DNA from: an uncultured bacterium
Lineage (GTDB): Bacteria; Verrucomicrobiota; Kiritimatiellia; RFP12; UBA1067
Assembly (NCBI GenBank): GCA_902764415.1
Contig: CACWVU010000001.1
Coordinates: forward strand, 67,395-131,394
Length of the DNA: 64,000 bases
Direction of reading: 5' to 3'
Part shown: piece after piece, positions 50,491-59,985 of the stretch
How positions within the stretch are numbered: position 1 is the stretch's first letter
How the letters are laid out: each line of letters begins with the position of its first letter
The notes under the pieces: model-generated
Databases searched by the model: none
The model's input: only the letters and a program-made list of their open reading frames with translations
What the model was told of the DNA's origin: nothing
Translations under genes and position numbers: made by a program

Positions 50491-51636
50491 ATGGCGGAAA
50501 TGCACGAGACGCCTTCGGCGAACAGGCTGCGCATCGCGTTCTTCGGTCCGAGGAACGCGGGCAAGTCCACGCTCGTGAACGCCTTCACCGGCCAGGACGT
50601 CGCGATCGTGAGCGACGTCCCCGGCACCACCACCGACCCGGTCTCGAAGGCGATGGAGATCCCGCCGCTCGGCCCCTGCCTGGTCACCGACACCGCCGGG
50701 CTCGACGACGAGGGCGAGCTCGGGGCGATGCGGGTCAGGCGCACGCTGGAGGTGCTGGCGGTCGCCGACGTCGCGGTATGGGTGGAGGGCGAGGATCCTG
50801 ACGCCTGCGCCGCCCTGCGCGAACGGTTTTTCGCGGAGTGCCGCCGCAACGGCACCGCGGCGCTCGTCCACCGCCGCGGCGACGGCGTCGACGAGCTGAT
50901 GCGCAAGGTCGCCGCGGCGAAGGTCACGGAGCACGAGCGCGGGCTGCTCGACGGAATCGTCCGCGACGGCGAGCGGCTGGTGCTCGTCTGCCCGATCGAC
51001 TCCTCGGCGCCGAAGGGGAGGCTCATCCTGCCGCAGGTGCAGCTGGTCCGCGAATGCCTCGACCGCCACCTCGCCTGCGTCGTCTGCCAGCCGGAGGAGC
51101 TCCCCGCCGAGCTCGCCCGGGCCGGCGGCGCGGCGCTCGTCGTCACCGACTCGCAGGCCTTCGCCGCGGTCGCCGCCGCGGTGCGCGCCCACGGCGGCGC
51201 TTCGACGCGGCTCACTTCGTTCTCGATCCTCTACGCGCGGCAGAAGGGCGACCTCGCCGCCTACGCCGGCGGAATCGCCGCGGCGCGCCGGCTCCGCGCC
51301 GGCGACCGGGTGCTGGTGGCCGAGGGCTGCACCCACCACCGCCAGTGCGACGACATCGGCGCGGTGAAGATACCGAAGGCGATCGAGCGGCTCTCTGGCG
51401 CGCGGCCGGAGTTCTCCTTCGCGAGCGGCGGCACCTTCGACCTCGGCGCGGACGGCGGCGGCTTCGCGCTCGCGGTGCAGTGCGGCGGCTGCATGCTCAC
51501 GCGCCGCGAGGTGCTGCGGCGGATCCGGCTCTGCCGCGAGGCCGGGGTGCCGGTGGTCAACTACGGCATGCTGCTCGCCGCGGCCGGCGGCCTCGGCGAA
51601 GTGCGGGCGGACGGAACGGTGGAGACGGGGGAATGA
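50491..51636 (+). CDS. hydF: [FeFe]-hydrogenase H-cluster maturation GTPase HydF
   Basis: GPRNAGKS, PGTTTDPV.K.ME, DTAG, APKGRLILPQ, TDSQAF, LTSFSIL, EGCTHH, CGGCM and NYG motifs. Confidence 0.9.
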   Translation: MAEMHETPSANRLRIAFFGPRNAGKSTLVNAFTGQDVAIVSDVPGTTTDPVSKAMEIPPLGPCLVTDTAGLDDEGELGAMRVRRTLEVLAVADVAVWVEGEDPDACAALRERFFAECRRNGTAALVHRRGDGVDELMRKVAAAKVTEHERGLLDGIVRDGERLVLVCPIDSSAPKGRLILPQVQLVRECLDRHLACVVCQPEELPAELARAGGAALVVTDSQAFAAVAAAVRAHGGASTRLTSFSILYARQKGDLAAYAGGIAAARRLRAGDRVLVAEGCTHHRQCDDIGAVKIPKAIERLSGARPEFSFASGGTFDLGADGGGFALAVQCGGCMLTRREVLRRIRLCREAGVPVVNYGMLLAAAGGLGEVRADGTVETGE

Positions 51637-52472
51637 AGACCAACTACCATACCCACACCAACTGGTGCGACGGACGCGACTCGATGGAGAGGATGGCGCT
51701 CGCGGCGGTGGACAAGGGGTTCTCCGAGCTCGGGTTCTCCTCGCACGCGATGCTGCCGGCGGGTCCGCTCGACTGGACGCTCACCGCCGGACGCATGAGC
51801 GACTACGTCACCGAGGCGCGAGAGCTCGCCGACGGCTATGACGGGCGGCTCAGGATCCTCTGCGGAATCGAGGCGGACTATCTGCAGGGCGCGTCCAGCC
51901 CCGACCGCCGGGTCTACGCCGCCTACGACCTCGACTACATCATCGGCTCGGTCCACTTCGTCCGCGCGCCGGACGGCGCGGCAGTTGCGGTGGATGCGTC
52001 GCCGCGCGAGCTCGCGGACGGAATCGCCGCGCATTTCGGCGGCAGCGCCGATGCGCTGGTGCGGGCGTACTTTGCCGCCGTCAGGGAGTCGCTTGCATTC
52101 GACTTCGACGTCGTTGGCCATCCCGACCTGGTGCGCAAGTTCAACCTGAAGCACCCGTACTTCGACGAGCGAGCCGCCTGGTGCCGCGAGGAGCTGGAGC
52201 GCACTGCGGACGCGATCGCCTCGAGCGGCAAGGTCGTCGAGGTCAACACCGGCGCGATCTCGCGCGGCTGGCTCGACGACGCCTATCCCTCGGCGGAGTT
52301 CCGCGCGCTCCTGCGCAGCCGCGGCGTCAGGTTCATCCTCAGCTCCGACGCCCATTCCGCCGACGCGCTCGACTGCGCCTTCGACCGCTTCGCCGCAGAG
52401 GAGGAGTACGTCGACTCCTCGGCCTTCGCGACAGCCACGAACCACGAATCACGAACCACGAATATGGTATAA
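51633..52472 (+). CDS. PHP-family histidinol-phosphatase (HisJ-like)
   Basis: NYHTHT.WCDG, GFSSH, GIEAD, IGSVH, GHPD, EVNTG and SSDAH motifs. Confidence 0.88.
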   Translation: MKTNYHTHTNWCDGRDSMERMALAAVDKGFSELGFSSHAMLPAGPLDWTLTAGRMSDYVTEARELADGYDGRLRILCGIEADYLQGASSPDRRVYAAYDLDYIIGSVHFVRAPDGAAVAVDASPRELADGIAAHFGGSADALVRAYFAAVRESLAFDFDVVGHPDLVRKFNLKHPYFDERAAWCREELERTADAIASSGKVVEVNTGAISRGWLDDAYPSAEFRALLRSRGVRFILSSDAHSADALDCAFDRFAAEEEYVDSSAFATATNHESRTTNMV

Positions 52473-52473
52473 T
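52435..52473 (+). repeat. YCACGAA heptamer array (4 units) abutting the TGGTATAAT promoter of tkt
   Basis: CCACGAA CCACGAA TCACGAA CCACGAA TATGGTATAAT; the upstream CDS reads through it and stops inside TATAAT. Confidence 0.85.
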
Positions 52474-52483
52474 ACACCTATCT

Positions 52484-54427
52484 ATGAAACCAACCAACGA
52501 CCAGCTTGATCTCGCTTCGAGAACCATCCGCTGCCTCTGCGCGGACATGATCGACAAGGCCAACTCCGGCCACCCCGGCGCCGCGATGGGCATGGCGGAC
52601 CTCGCGCTCGTCCTGTGGCTCGAGTTCCTCAACGTCGACCCCAAGGACCCGCTCTGGGCCGGGCGCGACCGCCTCGTCTTCTCCGGCGGGCACGCGAGCG
52701 CGCTCGTCTACGCGCTTTTCCACCTTTCCGGCATGGGCGGCCTCACGATGGACGAGCTCAAGACCTTCCGCCAGTGGGGCTCTCGCTGCGCGGGGCATCC
52801 CGAGCGCAGCCTCCTGCCCGGCGTGGAGGTGACCACCGGCCCGCTCGGCCAGGGCATCGCGATGGGCGTCGGCCTCGCGCTCGCCGCGAAGAAGTCGAAG
52901 ATCGCCAACAAGACTTGGGTCTTCTGCGGCGACGGCGACCTCGAGGAGGGCATCAGCCACGAGGCGTGCAGCTGGGCCGGGGCGATGAAGCTCGACGACC
53001 TGGTGCTCGTCTACGACTCCAACCGCATCACCATCGAGGGTCCCACCTCGCTCGCCCTCGCCGACGACGTCAAGAAGCGCTTCGCGAGCTACGGCTGGAA
53101 GGTGCTCGAGGCCGACGGCCACGACTACGACGCCATCCGCTCCGCCTACCGCCGCGCGGCGAAGGTGAAGGGCCAGCCGGTGATCGTCGTCGCCAACACC
53201 GTGATCGGCCGCGGCGCCCCGACCAAGCAGGACACCGCCGACTGCCACGGCGCGCCGCTCGGCGCGGAGGAGACCGCGGCGCTCAAGCGCGCCCTCGGCT
53301 TCGACCCGGAGCAGTCCTTCGTCGTGCCGGACGAGGTGTACAAGATCTTCAAGTCGCGCACCGACTCGCTCCACCGCTTCGCGCTCAAGTGGAAGAAGGG
53401 CGGATGGAAGCGCCCGGTCGGCGACATGGCGGACCGCGCCGCGCTCGTAGCCGCGCTGCCGAAGTTCGACCCCGCGAAGCCGGTCGCCACCCGCGCGGCC
53501 TGCGGCGCGGTGATGAACGCGCTCGCGCCTCTCGTCCCCGGCCTCGTCGGCGGCAGCGCAGACCTCGGGCCGTCGAACAAGACGGTCCTCAAGGGGCTCG
53601 GCGACGTCGGGCCCGGCGCGTTCGACGGGCGCAACATCCACTTCGGCGTGCGCGAGCTCGGCATGTCAGCGATCGTCAACGGCTTCACCGCCTTCGACCC
53701 GGCCCTCCGCGGCTACGCGGCCACGTTCTTCGTCTTCTCCGACTACTGCCGCCCGGCGATCCGCCTCGCGGCGCTGATGGAGGTGCCGTCCATCTACGTC
53801 TTCTCGCACGACAGCTACTGCGTGGGCGAGGACGGCCCCACCCACGAGCCGGTCGAGCACCTCGCCGCGCTCCGCGCGATGCCGAACGTGATGACGTGGC
53901 GGCCGGCGGACGCGAACGAGACCGCCTTCGCCTGGGTGGAGATCCTCCAGCACACGACGGGCCCGAGCTGCCTCCTGACGACGCGGCAGAACGTGCCGGT
54001 GCTGGACGGTGTGACCGCCGAGGGCGTCGCCAAGGGCGGCTACGACATCTACATCGCCGGCCCCCAGAACGCCGACACCATCCTCTTCCTCGCTACCGGC
54101 TCCGAGGTGGCGCTCGCGGTCGAGGCGGCCAAGCGGCTCGCGGCCGAGGGCGTGGGCGTGCGCGTCGCGTCCTTCCCCTGCGTCGAGCGCTTCCATCGCG
54201 GGACGACTCCGGAGTACCGCTGCGAGGTGCTGCCGCAGGAGATGCACAAGCGCGTGATCGTCGAGGCGGGGACGCGCTTCGGGCTGGACCGCTTCCGCAT
54301 CGACTTCAGGACCACGGCCTACGTGACCATCGACCGCTACGGCGCCTCCGCGCCCTACAAGGAGCTGAGCGAGAAGTTCGGCTTCACGGTCGACAACGTC
54401 TACAAGGTCGCGAAGGAGCTGGTGTAG
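52484..54427 (+). CDS. tkt: Transketolase
   Basis: ANSGHPG, RDR.VFS.GH, TTGPLGQG, GDGDLEEG, GGSADL, FGVRE and GEDGPTH motifs. Confidence 0.96.
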   Translation: MKPTNDQLDLASRTIRCLCADMIDKANSGHPGAAMGMADLALVLWLEFLNVDPKDPLWAGRDRLVFSGGHASALVYALFHLSGMGGLTMDELKTFRQWGSRCAGHPERSLLPGVEVTTGPLGQGIAMGVGLALAAKKSKIANKTWVFCGDGDLEEGISHEACSWAGAMKLDDLVLVYDSNRITIEGPTSLALADDVKKRFASYGWKVLEADGHDYDAIRSAYRRAAKVKGQPVIVVANTVIGRGAPTKQDTADCHGAPLGAEETAALKRALGFDPEQSFVVPDEVYKIFKSRTDSLHRFALKWKKGGWKRPVGDMADRAALVAALPKFDPAKPVATRAACGAVMNALAPLVPGLVGGSADLGPSNKTVLKGLGDVGPGAFDGRNIHFGVRELGMSAIVNGFTAFDPALRGYAATFFVFSDYCRPAIRLAALMEVPSIYVFSHDSYCVGEDGPTHEPVEHLAALRAMPNVMTWRPADANETAFAWVEILQHTTGPSCLLTTRQNVPVLDGVTAEGVAKGGYDIYIAGPQNADTILFLATGSEVALAVEAAKRLAAEGVGVRVASFPCVERFHRGTTPEYRCEVLPQEMHKRVIVEAGTRFGLDRFRIDFRTTAYVTIDRYGASAPYKELSEKFGFTVDNVYKVAKELV

Positions 54428-54455
54428 GGCGGTCCACGGCAAGGCGGCGGGAGCG

Positions 54456-55172
54456 ATGGCTGGGTCAGAGAGCGAGAAGACGGTCGTGGTGATCCCCACC
54501 TACGACGAGCTTGAGAACGTGGAGCGGATGGCCGCGGCGGTTCTCGCGACGCCGGGCGTGGAGCTGCTCTTCGTGGACGACAACTCGCCCGACGGCACCG
54601 GCGCGAAGATCGACGAGATGGCGAAGTCCGAGCCGCGCGTCTCCTGCCTCCACCGCGAGCGCAAGGAGGGCCTCGGCCGCGCCTACGTGGCCGGCTTCGC
54701 GAAGGCGCTCTCGATGGGCGCGGGGAAGGTGGTGCAGATGGACTGTGACTTCTCCCACGACCCCAAGGATCTTGTCCGCCTCATCGCCGAGGACGCGGAC
54801 CTCGTGATCGGCTCGCGCTACGTGCCAGGCGGTTCCACGCCGGGCTGGCCGTTCAAGCGGCGGCTCATCTCGCGCTGCGGCGGCATCTTCATCCGTGCCG
54901 TCACCGGCATGCCGCTCCGCGACCCGACCGGCGGCTACAAGTGCTGGCGCGCGGAGACGCTGCGAAGGATCGACTTCGAGTCCGTCGCCTCGGCCGGCTA
55001 CTCCTTCCAGCTGGAGATGAACCACCGCGCCTGGAAGGCGGGCTGCTCCATCCGCGAGATCCCGATCCAGTTCTCCGACCGCGCGGCCGGATATTCCAAG
55101 ATCACCGCCGGCATCGCCGTCGAATCGCTGAAGATCGCCCTGCGCCTCCGCTTCGGCGGCGGGCGCGGATGA
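54456..55172 (+). CDS. Polyprenol-monophosphomannose synthase-like GT2
   Basis: IPTYDE.EN, VDDNSPDGTG, GLGRAY..GF, QMDCDFSHDP, IGSRYV.GG and GYSFQ.E motifs. Confidence 0.9.
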   Translation: MAGSESEKTVVVIPTYDELENVERMAAAVLATPGVELLFVDDNSPDGTGAKIDEMAKSEPRVSCLHRERKEGLGRAYVAGFAKALSMGAGKVVQMDCDFSHDPKDLVRLIAEDADLVIGSRYVPGGSTPGWPFKRRLISRCGGIFIRAVTGMPLRDPTGGYKCWRAETLRRIDFESVASAGYSFQLEMNHRAWKAGCSIREIPIQFSDRAAGYSKITAGIAVESLKIALRLRFGGGRG

Positions 55173-55193
55173 ACCCGGGAGGCGCTGGCGAAG

Positions 55194-55712
55194 ATGGAAG
55201 AGCCCAATCCCTCCCGAAGCTACGACGCCGCCTTCATGCGCATGGCGCTGGACGAGGCGCGGCGAGCGGCGGAGGAGGGCGAGGTGCCAACCGGGTGCGT
55301 GGTCGTGGAGGAGCCGGCCGATCCCGCCGCGGACGCGTCGGAGGTCCGCATCCTCGGCCGCGCGCACAACCGGGTCGAGGGACTTGGCGACGCCACCGCC
55401 CACGCCGAGATGCTCGCGCTCGCGCAGGCCTTCGCCGCGCGCGGCGGCTGGCGGCTCAACGGCACGCGGCTCTACGTCACCAAGGAGCCTTGCCCGATGT
55501 GCGCCGGCGCGATCGTGCTTGCGCGCGTCGGCACCGTGGTATGGGGCGTCTCCGACCCCAAGCGCGGCGGCTCCACCGAGTTCGGTATCTTCGCCCATCC
55601 GGGCATCAACCACCATCCGGCGGTCGTCGCCGGCGTCGAGGAGGAGGCGTCGCGCGCGGTGCTCGTCGACTTCTTCCGCCGCCGGCGCGAGGAGGGGGAA
55701 AGGGAGGAATGA
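55194..55712 (+). CDS. tadA: tRNA adenosine deaminase
   Basis: GEVP, AHN, TAHAE, LYVT.EPCPMCAGA and DPK.G motifs. Confidence 0.9.
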   Translation: MEEPNPSRSYDAAFMRMALDEARRAAEEGEVPTGCVVVEEPADPAADASEVRILGRAHNRVEGLGDATAHAEMLALAQAFAARGGWRLNGTRLYVTKEPCPMCAGAIVLARVGTVVWGVSDPKRGGSTEFGIFAHPGINHHPAVVAGVEEEASRAVLVDFFRRRREEGEREE

Positions 55713-56308
55713 AGACCAAGCCGCTTTTCATCGTGATCTCGGCGCCGTCCGGCTGCGGCAAGACGACGCTCATCGACATGCTGCTGCAGGAATACAGCGA
55801 CATCGTCTACTCGGTATCCTGCACCACCCGCGCGCCGCGCGGCGAGGAGGAGGACGGGGTGGACTACCACTTCAAGACTGTGGAGCGCTTCGAGGAGCTG
55901 ATCGCCGAGGACGCGTTCATCGAGCACGCGCGCGTGCACGGCAACTACTACGGCACGCTCCGCGAGCCGATCGAAAGTGCGCTCAGGGAAGGGAGCTCGG
56001 TGATCCTCGACATCGACGTGCAGGGCGCGGCGAAGGTGCGCGAGTTCGTGCGCGCGCTGCCCGACTCAGACCCGATGAAGGCCGGATACGTGGACATCTT
56101 CATCCTGCCGCCGTCGATGGAGGAGCTCCGGTCGCGGCTCGTCGGCCGCGGCACCGACTCGCCGGAGGCGGTGGAGAAGCGGCTCGAGAACGCGGAGGGG
56201 GAGATCGCCCGCGCGGGCGAGTACATGTTCAGGGTGACCAACGACGACCTCGGCATGGCCTACCGCCGGCTCTGCGACCTCATCGACGCACTTTCGGGAA
56301 GGATGTGA
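55709..56308 (+). CDS. gmk: Guanylate kinase
   Basis: SAPSGCGKTT, TTRAPRGEE.DGVDYHF, GNYYGT and LDIDVQG motifs. Confidence 0.96.
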   Translation: MKTKPLFIVISAPSGCGKTTLIDMLLQEYSDIVYSVSCTTRAPRGEEEDGVDYHFKTVERFEELIAEDAFIEHARVHGNYYGTLREPIESALREGSSVILDIDVQGAAKVREFVRALPDSDPMKAGYVDIFILPPSMEELRSRLVGRGTDSPEAVEKRLENAEGEIARAGEYMFRVTNDDLGMAYRRLCDLIDALSGRM

Positions 56309-56315
56309 AAAGGAT

Positions 56316-57467
56316 ATGAAAACCAAGAGACTGAAATACGCAATGATCGGCGGCGCGAGGGGCGCCTTCATCGGCCCCATCCACCGCATGGCAATCAGGA
56401 TGGACGACCTTGCCGACCTCGCGGCCGGCTGCTTCTCGCGCGACGAGCGCTCCAACGCCGCGACTGGCGCGAAGCTGCGCCTCGATCCGAAGCGGGTCTA
56501 CCCCAGCTGGCGCGAGCTGATCGCGGCCGAGCGCGGCAAGGTGGACTTCGTGGTCGTCTGCACCACCAACGAGACCCACTACGAGATCGCGCGCGCCGCG
56601 CTCGAGGCCGGGTTCGACGTCTTCTGCGAGAAGCCGCTCTCGCTGACCGTCCCCGAGGCCGAGGAGCTCGGCCGCGTCGCCAGGCGCCGGCGGCGCGTCC
56701 TGGGGATTCCCTTCACCTACACCGGCTACCCGATGGTGAAGCTCGCGCGCGACCTCGTGCGCAGGGGCGAGCTGGGCAAAGTCGACAAGGTGGTGCTCGA
56801 GTACGTGCAGGGGTCGTTCCGCAAGGTGGACTTCTCCAAGCCGCTCGACCGCCACAATGCCTGGAAGATGAACCCGAAGATCTCCGGCCCGAGCTGCGTG
56901 GTGGCGGACATCGGCGTCCACGCCTTCACCATGGTCGAGTACGTGACCGGCCTCGAGGCGAAGACGCTCCTCGCCGACCTCTCGTCCTTCGCGCCCGGCA
57001 ACAAGCTGGACGACGACGCGTCCATCCTCATGCGCCTCGGCTCCGCGAAGGGCGGCGCGCGCGGCGCGTCGGCCAAGGCGTCGCTCGTCGTCTCCAAGAT
57101 CGCGACCGGCGAGGAGAACGGCGTCAGGCTGCGCGTCTACGGCGACAAGGCGTCGCTCCACTGGGACCAGGAGGCGCCGAACTACCTGACGCTCAAGTAC
57201 CCGTTTCAGCCCGACCGCGTCTTCCGCCGCAAGGCGCCGTACGTGGCCGACCTCTCGCCGGCGTCGGTGAAGGCGTCGCGCTTCCCGGCCGGACACCACG
57301 AGGGGTTCGTCGAGGCGCTCGCCACGATCTACGACGAGTTCGTCGCCGCGGTCCTAACGCGCCGCGCCTGCGACTACCCCGGCCCGCGCGAGGGCGTCCG
57401 CTCGATGCGCTTCGTCGAGGCGGCGCTCGCGTCCAACGCCAAGGGCAGCGCCTGGGTGAGGGTGTAG
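56316..57467 (+). CDS. Gfo/Idh/MocA family oxidoreductase
   Basis: GG..GAFIG..H, CEKP, YTGYPMV, DIGVHA and PAGH.EG motifs. Confidence 0.9.
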   Translation: MKTKRLKYAMIGGARGAFIGPIHRMAIRMDDLADLAAGCFSRDERSNAATGAKLRLDPKRVYPSWRELIAAERGKVDFVVVCTTNETHYEIARAALEAGFDVFCEKPLSLTVPEAEELGRVARRRRRVLGIPFTYTGYPMVKLARDLVRRGELGKVDKVVLEYVQGSFRKVDFSKPLDRHNAWKMNPKISGPSCVVADIGVHAFTMVEYVTGLEAKTLLADLSSFAPGNKLDDDASILMRLGSAKGGARGASAKASLVVSKIATGEENGVRLRVYGDKASLHWDQEAPNYLTLKYPFQPDRVFRRKAPYVADLSPASVKASRFPAGHHEGFVEALATIYDEFVAAVLTRRACDYPGPREGVRSMRFVEAALASNAKGSAWVRV

Positions 57468-57493
57468 TATGGGCGCACGCGCACGGGGATTTT

Positions 57494-57502
57494 TGGTATA
57501 AT
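57494..57502 (+). promoter_or_regulatory. Extended -10 promoter TGGTATAAT for the rhaA-uxuA operon
   Basis: GATTTTTGGTATAAT, followed by an AAAGGAG SD before the ATG at 57543. Confidence 0.65.
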
Positions 57503-57542
57503 TCAACAAAACCGGACCTAGTCCACCAAAGGAGAAAACACC

Positions 57543-58781
57543 ATGAGCTACAAGGAAGCCAAGTCAAAGTACGCGAAGATCGGCATCGACACCGAGAAGG
57601 TGATCGCCGACCTCGGCAAGATCTCCATCTCCCTCCACTGCTGGCAGGGCGACGACGTCGGCGGGTTCGAGACGACCGGCGGCGCCTCCGGCGGCATCCA
57701 GACGACCGGCAACTACCCCGGCAAGGCACGTACGCCCGCGGAGCTGATGCAGGACCTCGAGTTCGCGCTCGGGCTCATCCCCGGCCGGCACCGCGTCAAC
57801 CTCCACGCCTGCTACGGCATCCACGAGGGCAAGGTGGTCGACCGCGACAAGATCGGCCCCAAGCAGTTCGAGCCGTGGGTGAAGTGGGCGAAGAAGACCG
57901 GCGTGAAGCTCGACTTCAACCCAACCTTCTTCTCGCATCCGCTCGCCGCCGACTCGCTCACCCTCTCCAACCCCGACCCGAAGGTCCGCAAGTTCTGGAT
58001 CAACCACGGCATCCAGTGCCTCAAGATCGCGGAGTACTTCGCGAAGGAGCTCAAGAGCCCGTGCGGCATCAACTTCTGGTGCCCCGACGGCTACAAGGAC
58101 GAGCCCTCGGACCGCCTCGGCCCGCGGCTCAGGATGGCCGACTCGCTCGACAAGATCTTCAGGTACAAGTACAACAAGAAATCGGTCATTCCGTTCCTCG
58201 AGTCGAAGCTCTTCGGCATCGGCCTCGAGAGCTACACCGTCAACTCCCACGAGTTCGTGATGGGCTACGCGATGAAGGCGAAGATCCTCGCGCTCCTCGA
58301 CATGGGCCACTTCCACATCTCGGAGTCGGTGGCGGACAAGATCAGCTCCTTCCTCTACACCTTCGGCAAGGTCGCGTTCCACATCTCGCGCCCGGTCCGG
58401 TGGGACTCCGACCACGTGATCCGCCAGAACGACGACCTCAGGGCCGCCGCGCAGGAGATCGTGAAGATGGACCCGAAGAACTTCATCATCGCGCTCGACT
58501 ACTTCGACGCCTCGATCAACCGCGTCGCCGCCTGGGTGCTCGGCATGCGCAACATGCAGAAGGAGCTCCTCAAGGCGATGCTGACGCCGTGGAAGGAGCT
58601 GAAGGCGATGCAGGACGCGCAGGAGTTCACCTCGCAGCTCGTCCTGCAGGAGGAGTACAAGAACTACCCGGCCGAGGAGGTGTGGGCGGAGTTCTGCCGC
58701 CGCGCCGGCGTGCCGGCCGGCGAGGCCTGGCTCGACGGCGTGAAGAAGTACGAGCGCGACGTGCTCGCGAAGCGCGCCTGA
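57543..58781 (+). CDS. rhaA: L-rhamnose isomerase
   Basis: HCWQGDDV.GFE, TGNYPGKART, LDFNPT.FSH, ESKLFGIG.ESY, RPVRWDSDHV and LDYFDASINR motifs. Confidence 0.96.
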   Translation: MSYKEAKSKYAKIGIDTEKVIADLGKISISLHCWQGDDVGGFETTGGASGGIQTTGNYPGKARTPAELMQDLEFALGLIPGRHRVNLHACYGIHEGKVVDRDKIGPKQFEPWVKWAKKTGVKLDFNPTFFSHPLAADSLTLSNPDPKVRKFWINHGIQCLKIAEYFAKELKSPCGINFWCPDGYKDEPSDRLGPRLRMADSLDKIFRYKYNKKSVIPFLESKLFGIGLESYTVNSHEFVMGYAMKAKILALLDMGHFHISESVADKISSFLYTFGKVAFHISRPVRWDSDHVIRQNDDLRAAAQEIVKMDPKNFIIALDYFDASINRVAAWVLGMRNMQKELLKAMLTPWKELKAMQDAQEFTSQLVLQEEYKNYPAEEVWAEFCRRAGVPAGEAWLDGVKKYERDVLAKRA

Positions 58782-58797
58782 GGCGGGGAGGCACGGC

Positions 58798-59985
58798 ATG
58801 AAGCAGGGCTGGAGATGGTACGGTGACGCTGACGCGATCACCCTGAAGGAGATCCGGCAGGCCGGGGTCACGGACATCGTCGCGGCGCTCTACGAGCGCA
58901 GGCCCGGCGAGGTCTGGCCGGTCGCCGAGATCAGGGCGCGTGCGAAGAAGGTGAAGGACGCCGGGATGACCTGGAGCGTCGTCGAGTCGGTGCCGGTCCA
59001 CGAGGACATCAAGAAGCGCACCGGCGACTACCTCAAGTACGTCGCGAACTACAAGCAGACATTGCGGAACCTCGCCAAGTGCGGCATCAAGACCGTCTGC
59101 TACAACTTCATGCCGGTCCTCGACTGGACGCGCTCCAACCTCACCTACGCGCTCGCGGACGGCTCCACCTGCCTCGAGTACAACGAGTACGAGCTCGCCG
59201 GCTTCGACCTCTTCTACCTCAAGCGCCCCGGCGCGGAGAAGGAGTACGACGCGAAGACCAGGGCGCGGGCGAAGAAGACGTGGGCGAAGCTCGACAAGAA
59301 GGGCAGGAAGCGCGTCGCGGACTCCGTCCTCTGCGGCCTCCCTGGCACGGTGGACGACCTCACGCCCGCCGAGTTCCTTGCCCAGCTCAAGACCTACGAC
59401 GGCATCGACGACCGGAAGCTCCGCGAGAACATGTACTGGTTCCTCAACGAGATCTCTCCGGTCCTCGAGGAGACCGGCGTCGACATGTGCATCCACCCCG
59501 ACGACCCGCCGCACCCGATCTTCGGGCTGCCGCGGATCCTCTCGAACGCGAAGGACATCGCCGAGATGTACCGCCGCTGCCCGTCGAGGCACGTCGGCCT
59601 CACGCTCTGCACCGGCTCCCTCGGCGGCGACCCGCGTAACGACGCGGTGGAGATCATGAAGAAGTTCGGCAAGCGCGTCTTCTTCTGCCACTTCCGCAAC
59701 CTCGAGTACACCGACGACAAGGTGTTCCACGAGTCGCAGTGCCACCTCTGCGGGCAGACGAACATCCCTAAGCTCTTCGAGGAGTTCCTCAAGGAGGAGA
59801 AGCGCCGCGGTGAGGGGATCGTCGTGCGGCCCGACCACGGCCGCTACCTCGAGATCGACCGCGAGCTCGCGAAGCTCAAGGGCAAGGACTGCTACTGCGG
59901 CTACAGCTACGGCGGGCGGCTCATCGGCCTCGCGGAGCTGCGCGGGCTGGAGATCGGTCTTAAATACGCAAGGAAGGGGAAGTAG
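58798..59985 (+). CDS. uxuA: Mannonate dehydratase
   Basis: WRWYG, VVESVPVHEDIK, YNFMPVLDWTR, HPDDPP, CTGSLG and RPDHG motifs. Confidence 0.96.
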   Translation: MKQGWRWYGDADAITLKEIRQAGVTDIVAALYERRPGEVWPVAEIRARAKKVKDAGMTWSVVESVPVHEDIKKRTGDYLKYVANYKQTLRNLAKCGIKTVCYNFMPVLDWTRSNLTYALADGSTCLEYNEYELAGFDLFYLKRPGAEKEYDAKTRARAKKTWAKLDKKGRKRVADSVLCGLPGTVDDLTPAEFLAQLKTYDGIDDRKLRENMYWFLNEISPVLEETGVDMCIHPDDPPHPIFGLPRILSNAKDIAEMYRRCPSRHVGLTLCTGSLGGDPRNDAVEIMKKFGKRVFFCHFRNLEYTDDKVFHESQCHLCGQTNIPKLFEEFLKEEKRRGEGIVVRPDHGRYLEIDRELAKLKGKDCYCGYSYGGRLIGLAELRGLEIGLKYARKGK

